Shown here piece by piece: positions 12,328 to 23,466 of a stretch of DNA of 36,663 nt (positions are counted from its first letter, which is position 1; every line of letters begins with the position of its first letter). Below the pieces are notes generated by a model. It ran no database searches and had not been told where the DNA came from. It saw only the letters and a list, made by a program, of their open reading frames with translations. The position numbers and the translations under genes are program-made. The DNA lies in contig NW_021832619.1 of the NCBI RefSeq assembly GCF_006345805.1, positions 1-36,663 of the forward strand. Reading direction: 5' to 3'. The DNA is from Octopus sinensis. Lineage: Eukaryota.

Positions 12328-12536
12328 CACCATGATAGATCGTTAGCTCCTACACGCATTTTTCTCTCTCCTAGTTTCTCTCCTTGCTTTTTCGTGTATC
12401 TTTCTGTCGAAGAGCGTAGGCTCGAAACGTAAAAGACTTGTTTTATTTATATTCCTGAGCGCAATACTAATACATTTGTTTGTTTGTACTCCACCTGCCT
12501 TCATCTTTTGTTTATTTTTTAAAACTTTCTCTTTAT
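12328..12536 (+). mobile_element. Short HHR-like repeat, family H3, copy 2
   Basis: 12399-12436 reads TCTTT-CTGTCGA-a-GAGC-gtag-GCTC-GAAA-cg-T-A-AAAGA, with stem I TCTTT/AAAGA fully paired. Flanked by TA-rich tracts. Confidence 0.78.
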
Positions 12537-12663
12537 ATATAACTGTTTCTGAATGAAACAGTTCTAGTCCTGTAGAAGCTTCTTCGATAAAATAAATTAC
12601 TTTACTCTCTGCTATGTATTGAGTACCTTATTTACTGTGGTTAACCCGACTCAACCCGGGACC

Positions 12664-12707
<44 letters not shown>

Positions 12708-12799
12708 ATATATATAGATATATATATATATATAATATATATATACATATATATATGTATGTATATATATATATAAAAAATATGCGTGTGTCTGTGAGC

Positions 12800-12841
<42 letters not shown>

Positions 12842-12865
12842 TGCGTATGTGTGTGTATACACCAT

Positions 12866-13291
12866 TTTACTCTTTTAATTATTGAAGTCATTTGACAGCA
12901 GCCATGCTGGAGCACTGCCTTTAGCCGAGCAAATCCATCCCAATACTTATTCTTTGTAAGCCTAGTACTTATTCTATATGTCTCTTTTGCCGAAGCGCTA
13001 AGTTACGGGGACGTAAACCTACCATCATCGGTTGTCAAGCGATGTTGGGGGAACAAACACAGACACACAAAACATACACACACACACACACATATACATA
13101 TATATGTATATATAAACATACATATATACGACGGGCTTCTTTCAGTTTCCGCCTACCAAATCCACTCACATACCTTGGTTGGCGCGAGGCTATAGTAGAA
13201 GACACTTAACCCAAGGTACTACACAGTGGGACTGAAACCGGAAATATGTGGCTGGCAAGCAAGCTACTTACCACGCAGCCACTCCTGCGCC

Positions 13292-13292
<1 letters not shown>
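12866..13292 (-). mobile_element. tRNA-derived CORE-type SINE (family C)
   Basis: Minus strand begins aggcgcaggagtggctgcgtggtaagtagc (box A) ... ggtttcagtccc (box B), then a CORE-like gggttaagtgtcttctac segment, an internal (CA/TA)n tract and a degenerate (AAAAGAGT)-type tail. Confidence 0.9.
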
Positions 13293-13350
<58 letters not shown>

Positions 13351-13779
13351 AATCTCTTATTTTATCTTATGTCCATTGTCCGTGTGTATATAAATACACA
13401 CGCACAAACACTGACATACATACATACATACACACACACACTCACACACACACACACATGTATGTATATATATTAAACTAAGAAAGATAAATCTTAGGAC
13501 CTGTACAGCAAATTTTCTAATATGCCTTCTTGTCTCCTATTAAGTTTCTTCTTTCTCTCGTCCTTCCCATTAATATGGAAGCTGCGTATACGCGGGAGCA
13601 GATAAGATAAACGGCCAATTAGCAGTGGTTTTGTCGTTTCTTTTTTCTCTATGCTTATGTAATATTTTATTTCTCTGCCAAAACTTCTGCTCATTCATTT
13701 GGACTCAACCGCCTCCACGAAACACTATCAATCTTAACAGCTATTATCGAGCAAAAATTGCCGAAGCTTCCCTTATATG

Positions 13780-13865
13780 TGTATACACATAAACACACAC
13801 ACACACACACACACAAACACACACACCAACACGATATATCGTATATATATCTTATTATATATATC

Positions 13866-13897
<32 letters not shown>

Positions 13898-13934
13898 GTA
13901 TATATATGTATATATATATATTTAATATATTGTA

Positions 13935-13987
<53 letters not shown>

Positions 13988-14111
13988 TATATATATATAT
14001 ATATATCTGTGTGTATATATATATATATTATATATATAATAAATATATATATGTATGCATGTATAGAAATATATATATATATGTACATATATATTATATT
14101 ATACTATATGA

Positions 14112-14154
<43 letters not shown>

Positions 14155-14340
14155 TATTATATATACAATATATATATATATAACATATATATATATATAT
14201 ATACATACATATATATAATATATATATATGTCTATCGATCTATAAATCGATATAAATATTTGGCGTACACAAACATGCACACACTCACACACATATATAC
14301 AGGCACACACACACATACGCACACGCACATGTATAAGTGC
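13780..14340. repeat. (CA)/(TA)/(CT)n compound microsatellite
   Basis: Direct reading. Confidence 0.95.
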
Positions 14341-14739
14341 CTGTATGGTATGTTTTAGTATCAGTTTTTTTCTTTCTTCTACTCTTTTTGATGTTTTCCT
14401 CTCTTCTTCCCCATTCGTCCTCTCTCTTTGCTCAACAAACTCCCTTTTGTTACCGCTTTCCATCAAATTTTTTAAAAATTCAGTTTATTTATTTTATAAT
14501 CGAACGATGTCCCTAGAGTATATATCTATACATCTAATTGAAAGCACTCGTAATATATATATCTGCTATAAATTTTATTGGGGCCCCAGAGGAATGAACG
14601 GCAAAAAGAAATTTGTGAACTTTTCTTTTAGAGTACGCATTCTTCTTGCGAAGCGGAGGAGGCCGAACAAAGTTAATTCTTAAAAAAATAGTTTCCTTCT
14701 AGTCACAGTTTCGAATTTTGGCAAAAGGACAGCAATATC

Positions 14740-14905
14740 AGGAGAGGGGTCAGTTGATTACATCCACCCCATTGCTCAGCTGGTAGTTATTTCATTGGCC
14801 CTCAATCGATGACAGAAGTTGACTTCGGTGGAATTTGAACTTAGAACTTAAAGATGGATGGAATGCCGCAAATAATTTTTCTTGGTGTGCTAACGATTCT
14901 GCCTT
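14740..14905 (-). mobile_element. Diverged family-M SINE
   Basis: gttgacttcggtggaatttgaacttagaac...tgctaacgattctgcc is the reverse complement of the family-M head and body. Confidence 0.75.
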
Positions 14906-14945
14906 CCCATCGCCCAGTTTTTTGCTAATATTGATTGCTGTTATA

Positions 14946-15480
14946 AGGTGGCGAGCTGGCAGAATGGTTAGCACACCGGGCGAGGTGCGTAGTCGTATTT
15001 CGTCTGGCATTACGTTCTCAGTTCAAATTCCGGTGAGGTCGACTTTGCCTTTAAATCCTTTTGGGATCGATAAATTAAGTACCAGTTACGCACTGGGGTC
15101 GATATAATCGACTTAATCCGTTTGTCTTCTCTGTGTTTAGCCCCTTGTCAGTAGTAAAGAAATAGCTATTTCGTCTGTCTTTACGTTCTGAGTTCAAATT
15201 CCGCCGAATTCGACTTTGCCTTTCATCCTTTCGGGGTCGATTAAATAAGTACCAGTTACGTACTGGGTCGATATAATCGACGTAATCCGTTTTCTGTCTC
15301 TTCTGTATTTAGCCCCTTGAGGGCAGTAAAGAAATTTCGTCTGTCTTTACGTTCTGAGTTCAAATTCCGCCGAGGTCAACCTTGCATTTCATCCTTCCGG
15401 AGTCGATAAATTAAGTACCAGTGGCTTCCTGGGGCCGATCTAATCGGCTGGCCGCCTTCCCTAAAATTTTGGTCCTTGTG
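14946..15480 (+). mobile_element. Family-M SINE with three tandem bodies
   Basis: Head aggtggcgagctggcagaatggttagc; body atttcgtctg..ttacgttct(c/g)agttcaaattcc at ~14996, ~15168 and ~15333. Confidence 0.9.
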
Positions 15481-16224
15481 CCTAAATTAGAAAAGAATAT
15501 CGATTTCTGTTATAGATTTCGATTTCTTACATTTCGAGCAAAGCTTTGTAATGTTTATTCTGATTCTTTAAGTTTCGGGTTCAGGAGTCGGTAGATTCTG
15601 TTTTGGCTCTTAAATTTCAGTAATTGAGGATTTATGCCTCAACTCGGCTTAAAAGTCTACGATTTCTTTCCCGTTCTTCTTTCTGAAGCAAGTAAAAGAA
15701 TAAAAGAATAAAAGAACATCTACGCTATTTCTCACCATCGCTCCACAATCGGTGCTGGTTTGTTTGTGTCCCTGTATCTTAACCGTTCAACAAAACAGAT
15801 CCGGTAGGATGCGTATGATTGTTGTATTCTAGCCTCCATATCGATGTCATAACTTCATTTCTCTTTCACCTAATGCTTTCCAATTATACGCTTAATGTAA
15901 TTACAAAGATAATAAAAGTTACGAAATCGTTTTTTTGTTCTGTAATAAAAATTTGGATTTATGCCAAAGTACATTAAATTTTTTATCTGAATAAAAGAAA
16001 TAAATCAATACTGTTCTTTATTCTCTTCCGCTATAAATTTGTGGCTTTATACCTAAATAAATGAAGCAACCACTTCAACATATATTGCGAAAATTATAGA
16101 AAAAAAAAATGATAATAATGGACAGATTAGTTGAAGTAGTTTCGTAATTGGAGAAGAGCAGAAAAATCGAAATAGACATTAAATCGAAGTAAAATCATGT
16201 TGGAAATATGTATGTATGTATATA

Positions 16225-16770
16225 TACTCTTTACTCTCTTTTACTTGTTTCAGTCATTTGACTGCGGTCATGCTGGAGCATCGCCTTTAGTCGAGCAACT
16301 CGACCCCGGGACTTATTCTTTGTAAGCTCAGTGCTTATTCTATCGGTCTCTTTTGCCGAACCGCCAAGTGACGGGGACGTCAACACACCAGCATCGGTTG
16401 TCATGCAATGCTAAGGGGACAAACACAGACACACAAACATACACGCACACACACATATATATACATATATACGACGGACTTCTTTCAGTTTCCGTCTACC
16501 AAATCCACTCACAAGGCTTTGGTCGGCCCGAGGCTATAGTAGAAGACACTTGCCCAATGTGCCACGCAGTGGGACTGAACCCGGAACCATGTGATTGGTA
16601 AACAAGCTACTTACCACACAGCCACTCCTGCGCCTATATATACTATGTATATATACTATGTATATATACTCTTTACTCTCTTTTACTTGTTTCAGTCATT
16701 TGACTGCGGCCTTGCTGGAGCATCGCCTTTAGTCGAGCAAATTCACCGCAGGACTTATTCTTTGGAAGCC
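16225..16770 (-). mobile_element. Family-C SINE (16225-16635) plus a second truncated tail copy (16665-16770)
   Basis: Full copy ends at cactcctgcgcct; the tail tatatactctttactctcttttacttgtttcagtcatttgactgcgg is repeated directly afterwards. Confidence 0.9.
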
Positions 16771-16784
16771 TAGCGTCTGATTTG

Positions 16785-17352
16785 AACATATGGTGTGTCT
16801 CTACCAAGTCTGTCCTCCGCCTGCTGACCACTGAGCAGAAAGAAAATCGCGTCGAAGTCCGTCAAGATCCCCGTCAACGTGCAACAGATGAGGGGTCCTT
16901 CAAGTCGAGGATCATCACCAGGGATGAGAATGTATCTACGAGTACAACTCAGGGTTGTACTCGAAGTATACTTCGTCACAATGGAAAAGCCCTTCATCTC
17001 CACGAACAAACAAGGCACGACAGAGCCGTAGCTCAATCAAGGGCCTGCTCATCGTTTTTTTTTCCACATTCGCAGAATTTTGCATCGAGAATTCGTCCCT
17101 TTGAGTCAGACCGTCAATCGAGAGTTTCACAGCGACGTTTTGAAGCGTTTGGTGGCGGCCATTCGGCAAAAGCGACCGGAAATGTGAAGCGCGAAGAATC
17201 GGATTCTTCAAGACCACAATGCACTCTGCCATCAAGTTCTCCTCACACTTGAGTTTCTCCCCAAAAACATGGTATTGCTTTCGGACCTTCCCTATTCGCC
17301 AGATTTAATACCTGCAAACTTCCATCTCTCCCCAAAGATGAAAATGCAGCTT
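16785..17352 (+). pseudogene. Mariner transposase internal fragment
   Basis: VSTKSVLRLLTTEQKENRVEV...SRIITRDE (degenerate WVPRLL / TGDE motifs). Downstream frame reads LPYSPDLIPANFHLSPKMKMQL (YSPDL motif). Multiple frameshifts. Confidence 0.9.
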
Positions 17353-17651
17353 TTGATTTCTTATTTGAACTTCCACACTTTGTGTCTGACATTTTATTGA
17401 CCTTCCCGTCTTTCGATCTGGTGGCAAATAAATGAAATCATTTTTTGTTGTTGTTGTTGTTGTTGTTGTTGTTCTTCTTCTTCTTCTTCTTCTTCTTCTT
17501 CTTCTTCTTCTTCTTCTTTTCTTCTTCTTCTTCTTCGGTCTTCAAGTTGAAAATGCAGCTTTTGTCTTCTTATTTAAACTTCCACACTTTGTGTCTGGCT
17601 TTGTATTAACCTCTCCATCCTTCGCCCTGGTGGCAAATAAATGAAATCATT
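17340..17651. repeat. ~102-bp direct duplication (17340-17442 and 17549-17651) separated by (GTT)/(CTT)n
   Basis: gaaaatgcagcttttg...ccacactttgtgtctg...ctggtggcaaataaatgaaatcatt occurs twice. Confidence 0.9.
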
Positions 17652-17765
17652 GTTCTTCTTCTTTTCTTCTTCTTTCCTTCTTTTCTTCTTCTTCTCCTTC
17701 TTTTCTTCTTCTTCTCCTTCTTTTTTCTCCTTCTTCTTCTTATTATTATCATCATTATTTTATTA

Positions 17766-17804
<39 letters not shown>

Positions 17805-18619
17805 GTAGTATAGTAGTATATTATTATTATTATTATTAGTAGTTAGTATTTAGTATATATATTAATTATTAATTATTATATTAGTAGTAGTTAGTAGTAA
17901 GTAGTAGTAGTAGTAGTAGAGTAGTAGTAGTAGTAGTAGTAGTAGTATAGTATTAGTATTAATATCATCATCATTATTATATTATTATTATTATTATTAT
18001 TACGAAGTGAACCATATTAAAGATAATCAAATCGATTAGTACCATTTTAAAGGAATATCTAATAGGATGGTTTTTCTTTCAGTGGTATTAATGTAATAAG
18101 ACGGTGACTTTGTGTTGACAGATATTATAGTTCACCAGACTAAACGCATTACATTATTTTCCTTCGTCTTCCCAGATTCTACATTCAACGTGAATATTCG
18201 GCCGATATCGATTTTTCGTTTCATCGATTACATAAGAACTCGTATCAGAACCAATATTTTCCTTTCTTTTAATGAAACGATCCTGATGTCTAAAGAATCC
18301 AATTACAATATATTGTTTTCTCTTTTTCTTAAGTCCATGTTGTTGTTTGTCTTGGTTTTTTTATTTTATTCTGAACGATACTGGACTTATTTTATTATAC
18401 TGTATTATGTGAGGCAGTTTTGAACAATAGCGTCGGTATGTTTTCAATTGACTAATCACCGGCTAACAGAGTTTACGTTGGCATAAAAAAGAAATACAAG
18501 GGTTTGTTTCTGCAATTCGGGCCGAACAAATATCACGGGAGGTTTCGTTGGAATTCACCAATTTATCGGTTTTCCCGCCAATGTTAATAGCTTTCGTTGA
18601 TGTAAAATAGTAAAGGTAA

Positions 18620-18957
18620 AGACGCCCTTCGGCCATGAATGACCATGGGATTGCACTTAGAAGGTTACTCTCCGAGGCACAAGTCCGGGCCTGTTTTTTT
18701 TATGGAAGACCAGCGTTCATCCATGTACACCAGTTGCCCCTCTCTACGCCACCGATGTTGCCCAAGGGAAAGGCAAAGGCCGACACAGCTTGGCACCAGT
18801 GACGTCGCAACTCATTTCTACAGCAGAGTTAACTGGATCAACGTAAAATACAGTGTCTTGCTCAAGAACACAACATACAGTCCAGTCCGGGAATCAAACT
18901 CGCTACCTCATGATTGTGAACCCGAAGATCTAGCCACTGAGCAATGTGCCTTCACCT
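18620..18957 (-). mobile_element. tRNA-derived CORE-type SINE with RTE-like 3' tail (family R)
   Basis: Minus strand: gtgaaggcacattgctcagtggctag ... gagtttgattccc, CORE-like ttcttgagcaagacac, tail aagtgcaatcccatggtcattcatggccgaagggcgtcttt. The RTE attribution is from recalled similarity. Confidence 0.75.
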
Positions 18958-18997
18958 TTCGAGTATATACATCATAGATATATATGCTCATAAATTA

Positions 18998-19350
18998 AGG
19001 CGGCGAGCTGGCAGAGTCGTTAGCACGCCGGGTGAAATGCTTAGCGATATTTCGTCTGCCGATTCGTTCTGAGTTCACATTCCGCCGAGGTTAACTTTAC
19101 CTTTCATCCTTTCAGGGTCGATAAATTAAGTACCAGTTACGCACTGGGGTCGATGTAATCGACTTAATCCGTTTGTCTGTCCTTGTTTGTCCCCTCTGTA
19201 TGTAGCCCCTTGTGGGTATTTCAGCAGGTATTTCATCTGCTGTTACGTTCTGAGTTCACATTCCGCCGAGGTTAACTTTACCTTTCATCCTTTCAGGGTC
19301 GATAAATTAAGTACCAGTTATGCACTGGGGTCGATGTAATTGACTATTCC
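18998..19350 (+). mobile_element. Family-M SINE with two bodies
   Basis: Head aggcggcgagctggcagagtcgttagc; second body from ~19228. Confidence 0.9.
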
Positions 19351-19684
19351 CCTCCCCCAAAGAGTAATCTACGAAGAAGACTCATATTATAGTCTTAGTT
19401 TCCTTCTACTGGCTTCCATTCTAAGAAAAATTATCATAGAGTACATATAAAGAAAACAAAGCAAAATACAAGAACGTTTCTTTATAAACTCTTTTACCTC
19501 TTTCAGTCATTTGACCGTGGCCATGCTGGAGCACCGCCTTTAGTTGAGCAAATCGGCCACAGGGCATATTCTTTGTAAGCCTAGTACTTATTCTATCGAT
19601 CTGTTTTGCCGACCCGCTAAGTTACGGGGACGTAAACACACCAGCATCGGTTGTCAATCGATGTTGGGGGGACCAACACACACA

Positions 19685-19717
<33 letters not shown>

Positions 19718-19741
19718 GCACACAAACACACACACACACAC

Positions 19742-19793
<52 letters not shown>

Positions 19794-19921
19794 TATAATT
19801 AAGGGCTAAAGAGGGTTATTCTAAAGCCAATACACTGATTTATCCACTTATAATCCGCTTGCTACAGGAGAATTGAAACTGAAAAGGGGCAACTAACCTT
19901 AGAAAATTTAAATTTCGTTAT

Positions 19922-19981
19922 CTCTATATTGAATCAATTTCGGAATTATCTTATAAAAAGATATATTCTTCTTCAGTAGAG
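19922..19981 (-). ncRNA. Type I hammerhead ribozyme-like motif
   Basis: CUCUA-CUGAAGA-[A GAAU..AUCUU uuuau AAGAU..AUUC C]-GAA-AUUG auu CAAU-A-UAGAG. Confidence 0.72.
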
Positions 19982-20348
19982 CTTTCGATGGGATATAAAT
20001 AAAATACTCACGCATGATCATGGAAAAAGCACAAGCTAAAAACATAACTACACTTGAGTACATCACTTATATCTAAAAATAAAAATTCTTTGGTCAGCCT
20101 CAGAAACAACGTCTTGACCTTTCGCCGCTACAAATTGTAATGGTTACCAGTCCTCCTGTAGCAAGCATCGAGTTTACTACTAAGCAATATAGGATGAAGT
20201 CCCTTTCTCTACAGAAAAGGAATCCATCAGGAAGCGTGGGCAGTATATTTAAAAAAACCGTTACGGTTGAAGTATAAACATCATATAATTAAGGGCTAAA
20301 GAGGGTTATTCTAAAGCCGTGAGTATTTTATTTATATCCCATCGAAAG

Positions 20349-20410
20349 CTCTACTGAAGAAAGAATATATCTTTTTATAAGATTAATTCCGAAATTGATT
20401 CAATATAGAG
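20349..20410 (+). ncRNA. Type I hammerhead ribozyme-like motif
   Basis: Stem I CUCUA/UAGAG; canonical CUGAAGA and GAAA; extended stem II; stem III AUUG/CAAU; AUA triplet ending at 20405. The base of stem II is an A-C mismatch. Confidence 0.72.
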
Positions 20411-21267
20411 ATAACGAAATTTAAATTTTCTAAAGGTTAGTTGCCCGTTTTCAGTTTCAATTCTCCTGTAGCAAGCGGATTATAAGTGGATAAATCAGTG
20501 TATTCGCTTTAGAATCACCCTCTTTAGCCCTTAATTATATGATGTTTATACTTCAACCGTAACGGTTTTTTTAAATATACTGCCCACGCTTCCTGATGGA
20601 TTCCTTTTCTGTAGAGAAAGGGACTTCATCCTATATTGTTAGTATATATATATATATATATATTTATAAATACGACGGGCTTTGAGGTTCCTACCAAATC
20701 CAGTCACAAGGCTTTGGTCGGCCCGAAGCTATAGTAAAAGACACTTGCCCAAGGTGCCACGCAGTGGGAATGAAACCGGAACCATCTCGTTGGTAAGCAA
20801 GCTACGTACCACACAGCAACTCCATAAAATGCATATCTAATCTACTTTAAACATACTTAAAGTGAGGACAGCGAAACTGGTTAATAATATGATTTTCCTG
20901 CAGTAAAATCTCTTTTGTTTACAACATAAAATAAAATTTAATCTTTGGTGTGGGTTTTATCTATGCGACAACTGTCAGCACAATGTGAAATCCCTTCCTT
21001 GTCAAAACACATACTAATATTTTTCCAATAAAACATTTACATGGAAAAATTACTTATGTAAAAACAATTTTCAGTCAAAATGTTTTTTTTAGAGATATAT
21101 AACAGAAATATTTTTTCTCCCATGTTAAAAAAACCTATCTTGTTGTATTCAAATACATACATGCACTCACACACGTATACATCTATCTAACTATCTAGCT
21201 GGCAAGCTAACTGCCTTTCTACTTATCTGGCACTGTCTGTCCTTCTATTTATCTAACACTGTCTATC

Positions 21268-21352
<85 letters not shown>

Positions 21353-21361
21353 CCCCCTCTC

Positions 21362-21389
<28 letters not shown>

Positions 21390-21392
<3 letters not shown>

Positions 21393-21650
21393 TGAACTCT
21401 TCTGTGCATGCACACTAAGATTTAATGTTCAAGCTCATGTCCGCCGTTTACATCAGTGCTTGGAAGGAATGTGTGTAGCGTGTGATCGTCGCATTGACCA
21501 TGACAGAGAAAGTTGAGCAGAGAATCTGCATCAAATTTTGCCAAAAGCTTGGTTATACCTGATTCCAAAAAGTTTTCATCGTTCTCGAACCAGTCAAGGA
21601 GATCTTGTATAACTGAAACCCGAGTGTCTTTTTGGTCATCTGAAAGCAGC
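21390..21650. pseudogene. Rearranged mariner remnant: N-terminus on + (ATG ~21508), central part inverted on -
   Basis: + strand MTEKVEQRICIKFCQKLGY; - strand KLLSDDQKDTRVSVIQDLLDWFENDENFLES (the region preceding TGDE). Confidence 0.82.
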
Positions 21651-21651
21651 T

Positions 21652-22437
21652 TCATGGCCCGACCATCATTCCACCAACGATGCCAGCTCAAAATATGACA
21701 AACCCTCTACTTCCGTTGACGTCTCAAACTATTCTTATTGTTCCAGTTGATTGATACCCAACCTTTACTCCAGCCATCTGGTCCGTCTGGTCAGCCATCT
21801 GGCACGGCATTCGTCTGTGAACAGAACTATTGAAAAATCTGTCTTTACGTATTCTTCTGCACATTTCAGTCTCTTCTGATTATGAACAGCCTTCAGAGGG
21901 GACCTTGTAACAGGTTTAACATACCTGGTTACCTGCTTCAAGAGGCGGCACCTGGTATTTTTCCATACGTCTTCCCTGCCACAACGTTTGAAGATTTCCC
22001 TACTTGTCAGACATGGGTTCTGCACAACTTCCCTTTCCCCCACATTACAAAGTACAATTCGACGCAACCCTCGACGTACCCTTATTTGCATTCGACCGGA
22101 CAGAAATAGGATACTGCACAAATTTCTTCTCTGTTTGGTGGTCTCTTCCCAATATTTTTCATATTTCTATGGTTGTTTTTCTTTTTCCAAGCGCTGACGC
22201 GATGGTAGACTTCTCATCCGAGGTAAGATCACGTTTCTGACCCATTGGGATAGTAGAAATGTTTCTGCTACAAGATAATAATCGCCGTTTGCTTTCGTTT
22301 GCGCAGATCCGTTTTATTGTAACAGAATGTGAGGAGATGGGTGTTGCCAACAGTCAGCGGGAAAAAAAACAACTGGTTTTGAACGAATATACATTTATTT
22401 ATTGAGAGAAGGTTGATTTGCCTAATAATGTAGCGTA
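21652..22437 (-). pseudogene. Tc1-like transposon, 5' part
   Basis: MGQKRDLTSDEKSTI (ATG ~22245), then KRLKCAEEYVKTDFSIVLFTDECRA and, after frameshifts, DGPDGWSKGW and AGIVGGMMVGP; FTDE is the first catalytic motif. Confidence 0.88.
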
Positions 22438-22493
22438 TATAGATATATATATATATATATAATGTATGTGTACATATGTGTATATATATATAT

Positions 22494-22675
22494 AGTGAGA
22501 ATTTACAGAAAAACAAAAGACGAAGACAGGTAAACAACAAATAGACGTGTTAGTTTAACGCTGGGGAAGTGAGAGAGTCTTTCACGTTTCGAGCCTACGC
22601 TCTTCAACAGTAAGGAACACAAAAATAAACAGGGAGAGAGAATACAAAAAGGTTTAGTAGCTAAAGATCTATCAT
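22494..22675 (-). mobile_element. Short HHR-like repeat, family H3, copy 3
   Basis: Minus strand 22615-22578 reads cctta-CTGTTGA-a-GAGC-gtag-GCTC-GAAA-cg-T-G-aaaga. The 3' end abuts (TA)n. Confidence 0.75.
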
Positions 22676-22747
22676 ATATATATATATATATATAATATAT
22701 ATATATATATATTATATATATATTATATATATATTATATATATATAT

Positions 22748-23130
22748 AGGTGTAGGAGTGGCTGTGTGGTAAGTAGCTTGCTTACGAACCACATGGTTCC
22801 GGGTTCAGTCGCACTGTTGGGCAAGTATCTTCTACTATAGCCTCGGGCCGACCAAAGCCGTGTGGGTGGATTTAGTAGACGAAAACTGAAAGGAGCCCGT
22901 CGTATATATGTATGTATATATATGTATGTGTGTGTATATGTTTCTGTCTGTTCCCCCCACCCAAAAAAAAACACATCGCTTGAGCACCAATGCTGGTGTG
23001 TTAACGTCCCCATAACATAGCGGTTCGGCAAAAGAGACCGATAGAATAAGAACTTGGTTTACAAAGAATTAGTCCTGAGGTCGATTTACTCGACAGTCAA
23101 ATGACTGAAACAAGTAAAAGAGGAAAAGAA
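22748..23130 (+). mobile_element. Family-C SINE
   Basis: aggtgtaggagtggctgtgtggtaagtagc...ggttcagtc...gactgaaacaagtaaaagag. Confidence 0.9.
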
Positions 23131-23186
23131 TACACACACACACACATACACACACACACACACACAGACACACACACACACACACA

Positions 23187-23228
<42 letters not shown>

Positions 23229-23234
23229 GCATTA

Positions 23235-23406
23235 GGAGAGTTTTCGAAAAAAACAAAAGACGAAGACAGGTCGTGTAGAAAACAAACAGATGTATTAGTA
23301 TAACGCTCAGGAATAGAAAAAGTCTTTTACGTTTCGAGCCTATGCTCAACAGAAAGGGACACATAAAAAAACAAGGAGAGAAGCAAGGAGAGAAAAAAGG
23401 AGTAGG

Positions 23407-23410
<4 letters not shown>
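23235..23410 (-). mobile_element. Short HHR-like repeat, family H3, copy 4 (stem II deletion)
   Basis: Minus strand 23357-23323 reads ccttt-CTGTTGA-gcataggctc-GAAA-cg-T-A-aaaga. The 3' end abuts (TA)n. Confidence 0.72.

Positions 23411-23466
<56 letters not shown>

Larger units (their letters stand above)
19791..20644. mobile_element. Inverted/partial-tandem HHR-bearing element, family H2
   Basis: 19791-20011 is the inverse of 20319-20542, and ~20178-20280 is the inverse of ~20543-20644. 38-bp direct repeat at 19791 and 20281 (490-bp period). (TA)n on both sides. Confidence 0.85.
19488..20822 (-). mobile_element. Family-C SINE split at its internal (TA)n (tail 19488-19745, head ~20665-20822) by the H2 element
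   Basis: The tail half (cagtcatttgaccgtggccatgctgg...) and the head half (tacgacgggc...ccacacagcaactcc) are collinear parts of one copy on either side of 19791-20644. Confidence 0.85.

Noticed and set aside
19879-19915. CTGAAAA-GGGG..CCTT-AGAAA resembling the H1 core
   Set aside because: C3-A8 mismatch, no stem I, and the inverted copy differs in the putative stem; the credible HHR of this element is at 19922-19981.
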